A stretch of 62,886 nt of DNA, filler included, from Platydemus manokwari (taxonomy: Eukaryota), in assembly GCA_037951405.1 (NCBI GenBank). It is 6 parts of 6 records of this genome, joined end to end, with 100 filler letters (N's around TTAATTAATTAA, not from the genome) between each part and the next. Parts side by side here need not be neighbours in the genome. Positions count along the whole stretch, not along the records: positions 25,265 to 34,481 come from JBBMOY011281762.1; positions 34,582 to 43,742 come from JBBMOY011289984.1; 4 more parts are not named here. The stretch is one strand, 5' to 3'. A program made the position numbers and the translations under genes. Under the pieces are notes generated by a model, which was given only the letters and a program-made list of their open reading frames with translations, was not told where the DNA came from and did not search any database. This document shows positions 25,165 to 38,500 of the stretch, piece after piece (the stretch's first letter is position 1; every line of letters begins with the position of its first letter).

Positions 25165-25264
25165 NNNNNNNNNNNNNNNNNNNNNNNNNNNNNNNNNNNN
25201 NNNNNNNNTTAATTAATTAANNNNNNNNNNNNNNNNNNNNNNNNNNNNNNNNNNNNNNNNNNNN
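25165..25264. other. Artificial contig linker
   Basis: 44 N + TTAATTAATTAA + 44 N. Confidence 0.97.
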
Positions 25265-27089
25265 CTCATTATCCACTTTCAAAATACTTTCAGTGAAAAT
25301 TTTCTTTTTTTGCATTAAATTCATAAAACATAAATTTATTAAATATGAGAATTAACGGTAAAAACACTAAGCTAGAAAAATTATGATTTACATACATAGT
25401 TAATGCCACTGATATCTAAAACCAGTGGATTCAAGGTTTAATTAAATGGCATCAAACATATGCAATACATTTAATTCAATTGTTTACATGCCAGTTCCAG
25501 GCTCACTCCGAAGTTCAGTGGTTTATCATTTACATTTACGATTTACAAAATCTTGAAATTAAGATAACATATTTATGTGCGATTATGTGTATACTTGGTA
25601 CATCATTATCAAATTTTTAGCACATTTTTAATATTTTCTAGTTACTTGTTTGAAATTTATTTTTTGGAAACATTATTATCAAAATAATAACTATCTCATC
25701 TAATAAAACAACAGTACTTTAATAATAAAATTTAATATTCTTATCTAATAATATTTTCCCTGCATAATATACTCCATATCCCATGAAACTCTTAAGATTA
25801 GACTTAAAGTACTAAAATTTTAAAAAAAAAGTTATCGCTCTTCTATCCAACTATTTATTTTAAAAAATATCATTAATATATATTCGTTTTCATGAATATT
25901 AGAGGATAAAATATAAAATTTTATATTGAAATTTTACATGAAAAGTAGAAATTCATCGTTGATACTATTTATTTACAGCATTTATACTAAAATAGCTAAA
26001 TGCACAATTCAACAAAGGATTTCTCTTGATAATGTTCTGCAATGATAAATCCTTGCAGTCATTCTGTTTATGTTTATAGGTGAAAGGTATAAATAATTTC
26101 TGGAACCTCTTTTAATATTTTACATAAATAGATACATACGCAGTCATTTAGGCATGATAAACGATAAACAACAAAAAACAAAGATTTCAATCTGGTAAAT
26201 GCATGACGTTCACATATATCGTGATTATCCACTTCTAGTCATCATAAATCAGAACAACAAATACAAGTTGAGAGCATTGAATTTTGGCTATCAATTTCGT
26301 TTGATTTTTGGTAAAGACAGTCCTGAGTAGGAAGTTTTAAACACAAATCTTATCATCTACTTTTTTATAAATGTAGATGATAATGATGTTTATATTTCTG
26401 ATCATTGAAAAATATGTTATTCTTTTTTTTTAAACTTTTTTTAAAATTTTTCCTTTAACATTCAATTGAACAGCATATCCCAAAAAAATTTCAAAACCCA
26501 TAAACAACAAAAAAACCAAAATCTCAAATAAACAAATACTTTCAATAATCAGTAAATTCAACAGCATAATTTGATCGCAAATGAAATGCTCAAGCTTAGA
26601 GTTATTATAAATTAAAAAAAAATCTATCTCCGTATAGTTATTTGTAAATTTCTTAGTTCAAAATTTTTTGTTATTTCTTTAAAAATATCGAATAAAAAAA
26701 ATTTCCTATAAATCTCGAGAAATGTTTTAAAAAATTATTTTCTCAAAAATTGAGAAATACTAAATTTACTCTCACTGCACACACATACATTGTTGTACGT
26801 GGCCACGTAGTATGTCTCATTTTCATTTCCATTCACAGTTTATCTAGATTTATCGTTTCTTATGAGCTTATCTGCATATTTATTTACACTTCATCTCCAC
26901 ATTATCGTGCTTAAAACGAACAATTTAGTATTTTCCTTTGCAAATTTTCTAGGAACAAACTTAAATAAGGGCAAATAATATCTTCGGGTTAGTAATGGTA
27001 ACATTTGTTTTTTCCTGACACCCCGCGAATAATCTAATAATAAATATTTGTTTACTAAACAAGAGATTCAAATACCAAATTTGAACCAA

Positions 27090-27406
27090 AGTCATCTAAT
27101 TCAGTGATATTCAAAAGCGGAAGGCGAAAATTTTTTGGATATCTCGAGAAATTTCGACAGTGACTTATATTAGGATAAAATATCGATCCAATTTTAAAGA
27201 TCTGGAATTAGTACTGAGACCAGCCATCACCGAAATAGAGCCAAGACTTGATGTCTTATGCCAGAATATACCATATCGTTGCTATTATTAAATATGTATT
27301 TATTTTTTGATATTAAAAAGAACTTTTTTATTGAAAAAAATTACTTTATTAATTTTATTTTGGACTCGAAAAGTGGGTCGCAACACAGAAAGTGTGAAGA
27401 CCACTG
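27090..27406 (+). mobile_element. hAT (Buster/Charlie-like) transposon 3' end remnant
   Basis: Reads STVTYIRIKYRSNFKDLELVLRPAITEIEPRLDVLCQN, like the hAT C-terminal dimerisation tail (IKTKYRSRL..E.DLR.ALS.I.P). Ends in TGAAGACCACTG, whose reverse complement CAGTGGTCTTCA is a typical hAT terminus. Confidence 0.72.
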
Positions 27407-30400
27407 ATCTAATTCATTGATCTCATGATTCAATAGTGAGTTAATTATCGAATTAATCGAATCAGCGATTTAAGGAATTAGATACCACATGGGCATAACT
27501 CCTACCACTTATATTATCATTATATATGTTGGGTTTGGTATTATTCTTAGTTAAATATCAGTAAGCAAAACTTCCGTAACAGATACACTTACTTATATCT
27601 CCACCATACAATCATAACTATACTTGTTGAACTACTGGCACAATACATAATAGAGCAAAATTGTTTACAATCCCACAACTGCATTAGGTGAAAGAAAATA
27701 CACTACAAAGTGAAACATAAATCTCACCTATAATTTGATTCCGGTTGAAATGGTAATTTGCTCAGTTTGTTCTTTCTCTATATATACTAATTTTCGGAAT
27801 GGTTTTTTTGTGGAAATCAAAACACAATATCATCAAAATACTCATTTATCATTTGTTATGTTGTTTCATTTAGTGTAGGATAGCATTAATAAATTTATTA
27901 TCCTTAATTGGGGTTGAATTTCCAGTCCTATTCATTTGATGTCAGCAAAATTATCAAATACATTATTAATTATCTGTTCTTAATTTATTGTCAATTATTC
28001 CCTTTTCAGGCCAAACAATAATGAGATAAAGATCATTATTTTTATCTTCAGATGTCTTTAAGGGGATTATGATCTGATCTTTGGTTTTAGTTAGTAATCA
28101 ATATTTGTATTCACTAACTTATGTCTCGTTTATATAATCTCATTTTTCATATCAGAGTTCGATTCCACTGGTACGTTGATTTTCTGTTTATTTTATCGTT
28201 ATAATATAACAATAAAAATTTGAAGTTCAAGTGATTAGGAATAACGACGAAAGTAAGATTACATTGATTTTAAATTTAAGATGTATAGAATTCGGTATTA
28301 TGATATTGAATTGTTATTTTAAGAAATATGAGATATATGATTAGATTATTATCAAATTTATTAATGTTATCATTATTAAAAACCAAGCTTAAGCTGGGAT
28401 GCACGAAACATTTTTACTGGAATAAATTTATTGTAAAAGGCAAACAAATGATAAATAGATTGTAAATAATATCGCTTAATTGCATACAAAAATATAACTG
28501 CGACTCATGTGTTACAAACAAGTAATTTGTGTGTCGAATGTAACTTAATTTGATTTACAAATCTAGAGTATGCAAACTTAGTTACGCAATATGTTATATA
28601 AGGAATTATAAAAATATTTATCAGTAAAATATGCAAAACATTATAGATATTGTGATAGCTTAGTAATATAATTTATATTAATGGCAGTGTAAATTTCAAT
28701 GATTATTGTTGACAGGAAGCGAGATATTTCACTTTAAAATGAAAAACCGAATGAAAATGTAAAGAGACGTTTTTTGTTAAATAGAAATTGATTTTAACAG
28801 AAGTAAAATAATCAAGTGGAAATAACAGTATTATTGATTATATCTTAAGAAAGTAATTTATAATAATAGAAATATAATGCAAAGAGACGACTAACATTTT
28901 GTTGGAGCAAAACCCAGCTGAAACACATCATAAACATAAGCAAGATTATTGATCAAAAATTAGAGAAAATGCAAAATAGCTCCTAACCAATTTATTATTA
29001 TTTACTGCCTGCCAAATCAAGAGCTAATATTCAATAATATACGTCCTGTCAAATCAAAATCAGTATCCAACCCATAATTCAGCTTTGAATCAAACAAAAA
29101 TCAGCTAAATGGGTTCAGTCGTCAATTAATCATTGCTTAACTTTTAATTCAAATTACTTTAATTCAGTTGAGTTGACTTTTTAATCTGACTTCATTGATT
29201 AATTCTATGTTCAATTTGATTTAATTCAATTTTTAATAGCGGGTTTTTATTGAATTTCGATATTTAGATGTAAAGAAGAAGAATGCTTGGACAAATAATA
29301 ATGCAGGGAAAAATAATAACAATAAATAATATAAATCAATAAATTGATTATTGATAATAAAGAAAAATATAAAATATAGAAGAATAAATTAATAATGAAT
29401 AACAAGTTCAAAACATAAAATCGACTATAAATCCAAGAATAAAGATAGTATTAATATAATAACGAAAAATCAAGTGATACGACTCCATTCCGCCTTCAAA
29501 GCTGAGCAGTATAAATATAATCAATCGACACATTTCGCCGCCATACATACCACTACTAAGCGATCACCATCATCACGACTCAACAAGAAGGTGAAAATAG
29601 ACATTTGTTTGTAGAATTGTATTTCATTGATCGTCAAATCTCTCGCTATGTCCATCCGCTTCGGGCTTCCGATAATGTACTTGCATCAGAAACTTATTAC
29701 AATAATAATTGTTTATTCTTTTGTTTTTAAATTTATATTTTCGATTATTCAAAAATAAAAATTCGTTATTCAATGGTTGTTTTGTCTTAAACGAAACTAA
29801 GTCGATAATTATATACACTTTTAGCATTACAGTTCACAGCGAGACTTTGATTAAATTTCATTGGTTTTAGATCCATTAGAAGTTATATTCAGTTTAATAT
29901 GCACTTAGAGCTCAATTATTAATTTAAAATGAACCTTTAGAGAATTGTTACCGATAGTCCAGTCTTCAATACTTGCTATCGAAGCCCTTTGTGAATTCCA
30001 AAATAAATAATCCAAAATATTTGATAATTTGACAAGCAGGAAATATATTGTTATACTATAGTCAAGTTTGTGAGTAGTGAATTCATCTCAACGTTTAAAT
30101 CTGATTCAGTTTTTGTCTTGGGTTTTCAATGATAAACTGGTTTTATGTTTTGAAGTATATTTTATGACAATGATGAACATTGCCAAATTGGCACAAAATT
30201 GGCACAAGTCAAAATAGTAGTTACACATCAAGCGAATAAGATCCCTTTACGAATTTAAGTCTACCTCCCAAAGTTTTGTTCTAGTTGTCTATCTTTTATA
30301 CAAAAGCGTTAATATGCAAACAATTCATTTACAGAATAAAATTGAAAAATGATTGGAAATGTTCTTCGGCACTAAGATTAATAGGCAATGTATAAATCCA

Positions 30401-33167
30401 TGGCATTCGCCAGTACTTGGTTTAACCAAAAAATAAAATTCAACCAATGTGTGTCTGAATTCTTTAAAACTAAAGATTTGACTAAAAAATATTCATTCCC
30501 AGTGTCGATAGTGTTAGACTCATCAAAATGTAATAAAATTTTCAATTATTTATATCGGTCATGTTTATTACCGAGTAGCCCTGATTGATGACCCGAAGTT
30601 GAAAATGGTAATAAGTACAAAGCGAAGCAACTCTCTTTCAGTAGACTACCTTTCGAATGGTGTGTGGTAAAGATCGTTTTTCACGGTTTGATGAATTTAA
30701 TTTTAAAATTAAAAAATTAAAACATCCATGACTGAAGGTGTTTCTAGATTATAGATCAGTTTATATGAAATCGGAGGAAGAGAATGAATAGATTTCTCAT
30801 AAGGTTTTCAAATTGATCAAATACTCTTTTTTAAAGATTATTTGTGAAAAGTTCCTACATTAAGAGTTGTGTCAGTTGTTTCACGTTTTTATTATTTGTT
30901 GGGGTTTGGGGAAATCAAGCTGATAAAAATCAAATGTGACAATAATCTGGAGATATCGACTCCGTATTGTATATTTTCGCATGACATTTTTATCTTTATC
31001 TTGGTATAATGCACAAAACTCACCCTTGTATCACTGTACAGTAGTAGCAACTTTTATTCTAATTATTCTAATTATTCTAACCATTCTAAAAAAGTCTCTA
31101 TGGTTATTTATAAAAGTATAAATTAATAATTGCTATTACATTTTCTTGTTATAATTATTTAATTTAATCTTTCAAGAGATAAAGCCATTTTTAAATAAGT
31201 TCCTAGTAACTAATAAATCACCCTCATTAAATGTCAAAAAATCATCCTTATCGAAAATAAAATGGGATAGTTATAAAATACCTTATAAATAGAAATAATA
31301 AGTCGTCCATATAATCTGGTTTGGGAACAAATATAATAAATTAAGTCCTATTGGTCAAGATATTGATAACAATTTCCACACAATGTAAATCCCTATGTCA
31401 AAGATAATGACTCGCTTTAAAAACGAAAATCAATTAGAATAAATAAATATGACCCGCATTTCAATGGAAATTAGCCTTGAATAAAATCAGTATAAATAGG
31501 CTCATAACACTAGTAGCCATGCGCCAATATTAAAAACAACTAGATTTAATGAGTTATATACGAAGACCAAACATTCGAATTCGCAAGCCGTGATAAGCCA
31601 ATCAGATTCTCATCGATATTCTCAGAAGTTTATGCTGAGTTATTACTGGAAGATCAATTTAAATATTGATATCTATTCTGAGAAGTCAAAGCCACAAATA
31701 GTAGAAATAACAGTAAGAAACGATACCTGGAAAATCATACATCATTTATAATAATCGTATATTTCTTATTTAATCCCAACTATCTTGAACAATTGGTTCA
31801 ACTCCTCTTGGGAGCATTATAACCTGAGTTTCTTCCAGAAATGGTGTATAAAGCTTGTCGTTTACATGTATAAAAGTAAAATTTACAAAATTCATTGTCT
31901 CAAAGTAGTAACGTATATTTATAGTAATTTCTATATCAATAAAAGTATGTTCAGTTGCAAGTATAATTTTGATATTAGAAATGGAATCATTCCAGTGTTA
32001 ATAGCAATATCATTTCAATGGCAAGCTCATTAACTTTTTGGAAAACGCAAAAGAGGCATAACGAGATTGATGGTTTAGTAATTAGCTTTAGGACTATAGA
32101 AACATTGTATAGGGTCACTCATCCGGTCTACATACGTGGATTAGAGTCAATTGAGGCTTAAGAACACCATAACAATTAGGTTTAGTAGATACCTAGATAT
32201 TGTGAAACTGACAAGACTCAGATATTTTCAAAACAAGTTAAAATCAAATAGAGTGATAAAATAAACCGTCGACCCCAAAATCCTACACATTTATGACTTT
32301 AGATTTGAACATATAACAGAACTTAACCCTTTAAATAATGTATAACCTCACTAAGAATATCTGTAAATTTATTCCAATTGGGTTTTTGAGTGTTACATTG
32401 CTTACTACTATCAATATGAATACATGCAATTCTAGATATTATAAAATCAATTAATATAAATATTATATAATTATTGTTTCTTTCCAGTATATTCCAATAA
32501 ACCTAACACTAAATGATGTAAGGTAAAGCGATTATATATTAAGCAATCCCATTTTGAACTTGAAATCACCACAATTACCAATGAATTGTCATAATAAATA
32601 TGAATATTTGCTATACGACTCATTTTTTATCAGGGAAGTAGATAATAAGATTCATGCGAGAAAAATCACAATAATAAAACAGAATGTGAAGTTAGTCAAC
32701 ATACAATATTAGTTCTAACAGAAAATTAGACACAAGATCAATAAATCAGAAAAGAAAATTTTTAATAATTCCATGTAAATTGAACAACTACCAGTCATTG
32801 AGCAGATTAATTTTAGAAATCGTAATAATCGATAATAATAAACTAATTAAATTTTCCATTTCATGATTTATTGGTGAGGCAAAGGTATTGATTATAATTG
32901 TTATGGAAAGTAATTTTATCTTTTCATTCCACATAAAAATTACAGAACGGAAATAATTATAACTTGATTTTTTGAAAAAACTTCTTATTCTCTCACTTAA
33001 TAAATAAAATAAAAATAATAATAATAGTAATAATAAAATTAGGTATCTTTATTAACATTTCTCAATCCAAAAAAAACTTTTCAATATTTTGAAATCAATC
33101 TTATAAATATTAGATTTTGTTTAAGTAATCATTTTACACCAACATTTTCAATTTAATACATATAGCT

Positions 33168-33563
33168 ATGCCTCTCATAAGCATTTCTACGAATGTTTCT
33201 AAATCAAAAGTATCTGAAAACTTGCCTGTAGTTATTTCTCAAGAAATTGGTAAATTAATGGGTAAACCAATAGATTATGTTACTTGTTGTATTTCCCCTG
33301 ATAATGTAATGGCTTTTGGTGGTTCAACAGAACCATGTGCTATTGTTAATCTAACATTTATTGGCCAAACTAATGCTCAGAAACAAGCAACCTACTCGAA
33401 AAGAATAAGTGAATTATTAAAAGAACATCTTGGAATATCAAGTGACAGGTTATTCAATCTTGATTTGGTTGAAATTCATAATTTTATATTTAGATACTTC
33501 ATCCATTTTGTCGCGACTACTGCTGAAAACATTGGATATCAAGGACGCACTTTTGCATCATAA
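33168..33563 (+). CDS. MIF: Macrophage migration inhibitory factor family protein, 2 exons (33168-33448, 33494-33563), 116 aa spliced
   Basis: MP start (catalytic Pro1), STNV, GKP, MAFGGSTEPCA, LGISSDR, NIGYQG. Removing a 45-nt GT-AG intron restores DRYFIHF and normal MIF length. Confidence 0.95.
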   Translation: MPLISISTNVSKSKVSENLPVVISQEIGKLMGKPIDYVTCCISPDNVMAFGGSTEPCAIVNLTFIGQTNAQKQATYSKRISELLKEHLGISSDRLFNLDLVEIHNFIFRYFIHFVATTAENIGYQGRTFAS

Positions 33564-34481
33564 CTTATTTCCATTCATGAATTCAATAATATCCATTTAG
33601 ACTTATAAATAATGTTAATTTAATCTTTATATATTTTCATGTTTCATTTGATTTTATATTGATATCAAAGTGAACATGATGAAACAAGTATTAATATTTA
33701 TATGTCATGGAATAGAAAATGGTTTTAATATATTTCATAATTAATCTATGCTTGATTTTATTAAAAAGTGACTCGCTATTTTTTAAAATTTAATTACAAT
33801 TTAATTGGCTTCGAATTATCTATTAATTCGGCGTGGTTTTTCAATGTTTATAATTTTTTTTGGTGTTTTTGGGAAGTGCTGTGTTTCACTTGAAGTTTAA
33901 ATCAATTTATCCCTAAAAGGTGATAAATAATAAACTAGACACCAATTATAGCTATATAAAAAATTTGTTCGAAATTAATTTCATTGTCAAATAACGAAAA
34001 AGACATAAAAGTTTGCGAGATTTGGCCGTTAATTTGTAAGAGTTAAGTTCAGAATATTTTTGAAAGAATAATTCCTAAAACGTCAGGGACTTTTTATTAA
34101 GGTTTCAAGCTGTTAGTATGCACTGAGATGTTAAGCGTTGTCATAAATAAAATTATAAAATAGTGATAAAAAGCATAGAGTCCCAATGAAAAATAGTGTC
34201 TTGTGGAGACAAATATATTTAATTTATTTTTTATTGATTTTCCAACTTGGTTTATGAAGCTCTGTTATGGAAATTTATGGACAGGGATTGTGACAGAATC
34301 TATCAAGTTGTTAGGTTTCAGCTGTGTGTCAGTCATATCATTGAGACAGTCAAAATCATTGAAATTATTCTTATGCTCTTAAATGATAAAACCAGATGAA
34401 AAGTTTTTCCGTCAGTCAACAATGCAATTCTATTCGTCATACTGGAAAAAATGGGACTCAGTATGACATCAATACAAATCA

Positions 34482-34581
34482 NNNNNNNNNNNNNNNNNNN
34501 NNNNNNNNNNNNNNNNNNNNNNNNNTTAATTAATTAANNNNNNNNNNNNNNNNNNNNNNNNNNNNNNNNNNNNNNNNNNNN
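34482..34581. other. Artificial contig linker
   Basis: 44 N + TTAATTAATTAA + 44 N. Confidence 0.97.
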
Positions 34582-35355
34582 AAGCTTATTATCCTTAATG
34601 ATAAAGTGTTATGTGTGTTAGTCTTCTGATTTGTTTAAAAATAGTTGTATGTGATATATTCAACATTGGTTGTTGTTTATTACAGTGCAGTTTTGGAAAT
34701 TTTCGAATCATAAAACAAGTAGTAATTTAATTCTCTTTTATTTTAACATCAAAAGTTATTTTCATAGAATATTACAAATAACTATTTAATTCTACATATA
34801 ACATATATAATTAAATTAAATTGCTTTTTTCCAAGAGATTTCCAGAAAATTTGCCTAATATTTCAGTTTTTTGGGAAATTATGAGGAGTTTTTTTATCAC
34901 ATCAATTCTTTATAGGCAATAAAATAATCAATTTATTGTTCAGATGAACATAAATCAAACATTATGCTTGGAAAATAGTTGTTGAAGAAATTATATTATT
35001 TCCTTTAACAAAGCTGAAACCATTAATTAATTAACTTAGTTCCTCTATGACATGATTGATCGGTAGAACGTTTGTCATTACCATAATTAATTTCAAATGC
35101 CTTATTTACATAACTGACTTTCTTTGAAAAATTAAGACTGTTTAAAGCGAATGATTAATTAACTTTGTCAAATTTTAGAGATTAAGCTTTGCAACCAGTT
35201 AGCAACTTATTCAAATTATATATTTATAAATAATCATTTTTTATCAGTAGATATTATTGCTGTACTAGGTTTTTTAATTCTAATATTTATCAATGCACAT
35301 AATTTTTCATAAAATTTAACAACTGGTAAAGACACATGTTTTAATTGAAAAATGG

Positions 35356-35565
35356 ATCAATTGAAGAATCTTTCCATATTTATCAATTGAAGAATTCCCT
35401 CCCCTTCAACATTAATCCATTGAAGAATCTCCCCTTTATTAATCAATTGAAGAATTTCCTCTCCCAAAATTAATCCATTGAAGAATCGCCCATCTATATT
35501 AATCAATTGAAGAATGCCCACCACCCAACATTAATCAATTGAAGAATCTCCACCCCAAAATTAAT
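35356..35565. repeat. Minisatellite: 7 copies of ATCMATTGAAGAAT with C-rich variable tails (units 26-33 nt)
   Basis: Unit lengths read directly as 26, 33, 27, 31, 29, 32, plus a final copy. Confidence 0.9.
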
Positions 35566-38500
35566 AAAGAATAAATCACATATGAATTCCAAATAAGAAT
35601 AATGGGTCAAAGTGTGTCCGAATCTCTTTTATCCACAATTTATAAAGCTTTGCCTTCATCAAGGTTTAAAAAGATGTCATCAAATGATAAGATTGTGTAG
35701 AAAATATTAATAAATTTAGTATTTTAATCATGTTTGTTGTATTATCCATTTAGAGCCAATAGTTTCAGTTGTTAATTGTTTTATATGACTGTATACAGTA
35801 AATTGTTTTGAAAGAACAAATTTGAATTATCGATCAGCTAGGTGATTATTATAATTATGAGAGTGAATTTCAAAATATGAATACAACAGAAAGCTTGAAG
35901 AAATTGTGAATTAATTAATTAATTAATTAATATAATTATATTTTTGAAAGTTTAAAATAATTAAGTTTCAAAATAATTACCACACACAAGCCAATTTATG
36001 TATTATTATTATTATTATTATTTATTTCAAAATTTATAATTATATTTTGTTAATAAATCAAGTTTAATGAACTAATTGGTTTACTGTTAATGGTATCAAT
36101 TTTAATATATTGAATATGATTTTACTCAAGAATCTAAATCAAAATATCATAATATATCAAAACATGTCATAAATTAAGATGAAAATAATAAATTCAATGA
36201 CATGAATATATTGGAGAGGAGTTAATGGTTCAAAATTTATTCTAGATCGTTGAATCAATTGATTTTCTCCCATTCTTTTCTAGCTATATTATTTATAAAT
36301 TCGATTAATAAGTATTTAATGCTTGTGTTCTCTATTGAAACAAATATTTGTATAGATAAAACAGGGTACAGAAATTGCATTGATTTTGAAAAATTGAGAT
36401 TTGTTGAGACTTGCATTTTGAAAAATGATTCTCCAAGTAAAATAACGATTTTTCAAGTTATAAATCTTAATAAATTCAACCATTTTGTTGTCGATATTAC
36501 AGCGGAAAATTTAGAATTATTTAAACATTATTTTTATAATAATTTTCGCCATTTTTTCCCTCTTTTCATCTAAGAAAGTTATATTGTAAAATTAATCAAT
36601 GAAATAAGACACGTTGTAATGGTTGACTGAAATTTTTTCCAGTTTCTAAATTAAATATAATGAATTTAATAAAGTCCGGAATTTTCCTTTTTTTCAAACT
36701 TCCAGTTTTAAAACACAAATCACGATTTCTATCAATGAACTGAGACAAATTTATGTTTGCTTATAGAAAGGAGATTTGAAACGAAATAAAATAACTAAAA
36801 ACGTTACTGCTACTTTATTTCACGAAATATTGAATAAAAATATGAAATATCTTTAGTGGTAGAAAAATATTTATTTATTTATTAGTTATAAATAATGGAG
36901 TACCAATAATATTTTTGAATTAGATTCCGCATGTAATGCAAATAATATATTAACGATTTATACACAGTAAAATTTTTTAAAAACTATGTATTCCAAATCA
37001 AATTGTTAAATAATTGAGATGTAGATTCATGATTTTGATGGTGATCCAGAGTAGACATTGAAAAAAAATAAATTAATGGTTGAAATAGATTTTAATGAGG
37101 CGAAAAATTGTCAGTTAAAAAATTTCAAGTAAAATAGTGGTTCGTAATAAAAATTTAAATAAAACTTTTAATATGCTTATGTAAGGTTGTTAGTTAATAT
37201 TTATCGAATTTGTGGATAAAATCTAAAAACCCAGAAATTTGTAAAGAAATTAATTTAATTGTGATAGATTGGCATTTATTGTTAACAATCTTATTATTTT
37301 CTCCATTTAATAAGCAACTTATGAATTCCCCTCGCAATAGATGTTTACTTTACTGCTACAAAAAATCAGACACTGTCTTATCAAAGCCATCTTTAGAAAA
37401 AAAAATTTCTACTTAGATAATTTAGAAGAGATCAAAACAGATAAAAGTTCGATGGTGCAAAATCAAGAGAATATTGTTGAATTCAGAGAACTTTATTGAC
37501 AAACTAATCCAATGCAAATTATGACAATTTATTGACTGAATTATTAAGAATTTCAACGAATTCAACACTGATATTAAAATTTCATAATCTTTTCTACCCC
37601 AATATGTTACAGTTACGAATTGACCATTCCATAATTAGGTCATCATTGAATTCGAAACTCCAAGCACTTCTAATTTACCATTGAATCTACTAGGATTTGT
37701 TTTATTTCATATTCGTCAAAATAATGTTGAACGATGATACTTTTTCGATAATGATTTGCAGATGTTTTGCTTTATTTCAGGACTAGCTAATTGTTTTCAT
37801 AGAAAGAAGAATTCCAAAATACAAACTGGTAGTAGTTTTTCTTTATTCGTGATAGGTTGAGAAATAGTTTGAGTTAATTAATTATGCACACGCACACATG
37901 ACTCGTCAGGTTGATACATAAGTTTCATTTTTCATCAACAGTTGCCAAACAATCCACAAATGCTTTGTTTGTATCATACTAACAGGTGAGAATATTTGAT
38001 AATAATTTATATAATGTTCATCTCCTTGCAATTTTTGAATGGACCTTGAATTGTTGCATGATCAAAGCCCGATTTTCCGTTATAATCTGTTAGATAGCAT
38101 AATACAAATTTAGATTTTATGCTTGTACTCAGATCATTTTTCAAGTGAATACACCTATTCCGATACGTTGTACTTCATTTCAGAAATTTTCGAATTAGGG
38201 AAACATTTGTTCCAACCATTTATATTTGGTTTTGGTAGCTACATCATGATGGATATATCAATAATAGTATTAACAATTTAAAATTATAAAGAATAATAAA
38301 CAAAGAATAAATGAATTCATATGAAGTCAACTGGAGATGCTGTTTCAGAAAAGATGAAAGTAATAATATAAAATACGACATCAATCATACTATGTCCTTA
38401 TATATGATAAATGGAATGGAAAGGCAATATAATGATTGTAAGCCGCTACTATTTTAAAAATCACTTTAAAAACGAACTGAAAAGTCACGACATCAAATTA

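Noticed and set aside
26796-26809. Perfect 14-nt palindrome TACGTGGCCACGTA as a Helitron 3' hairpin
   Set aside because: No CTRR end at the expected distance and no other support.
27725-29690. Candidate iGluR signal-peptide exons on the minus strand (about 27730 and 29550)
   Set aside because: Beyond a linker, and either closed by stops or in the wrong phase.
35356-35565. CRISPR-like repeat/spacer array
   Set aside because: Eukaryotic context, only a 14-nt repeat, short spacers related to each other, and no cas genes. It is a minisatellite.
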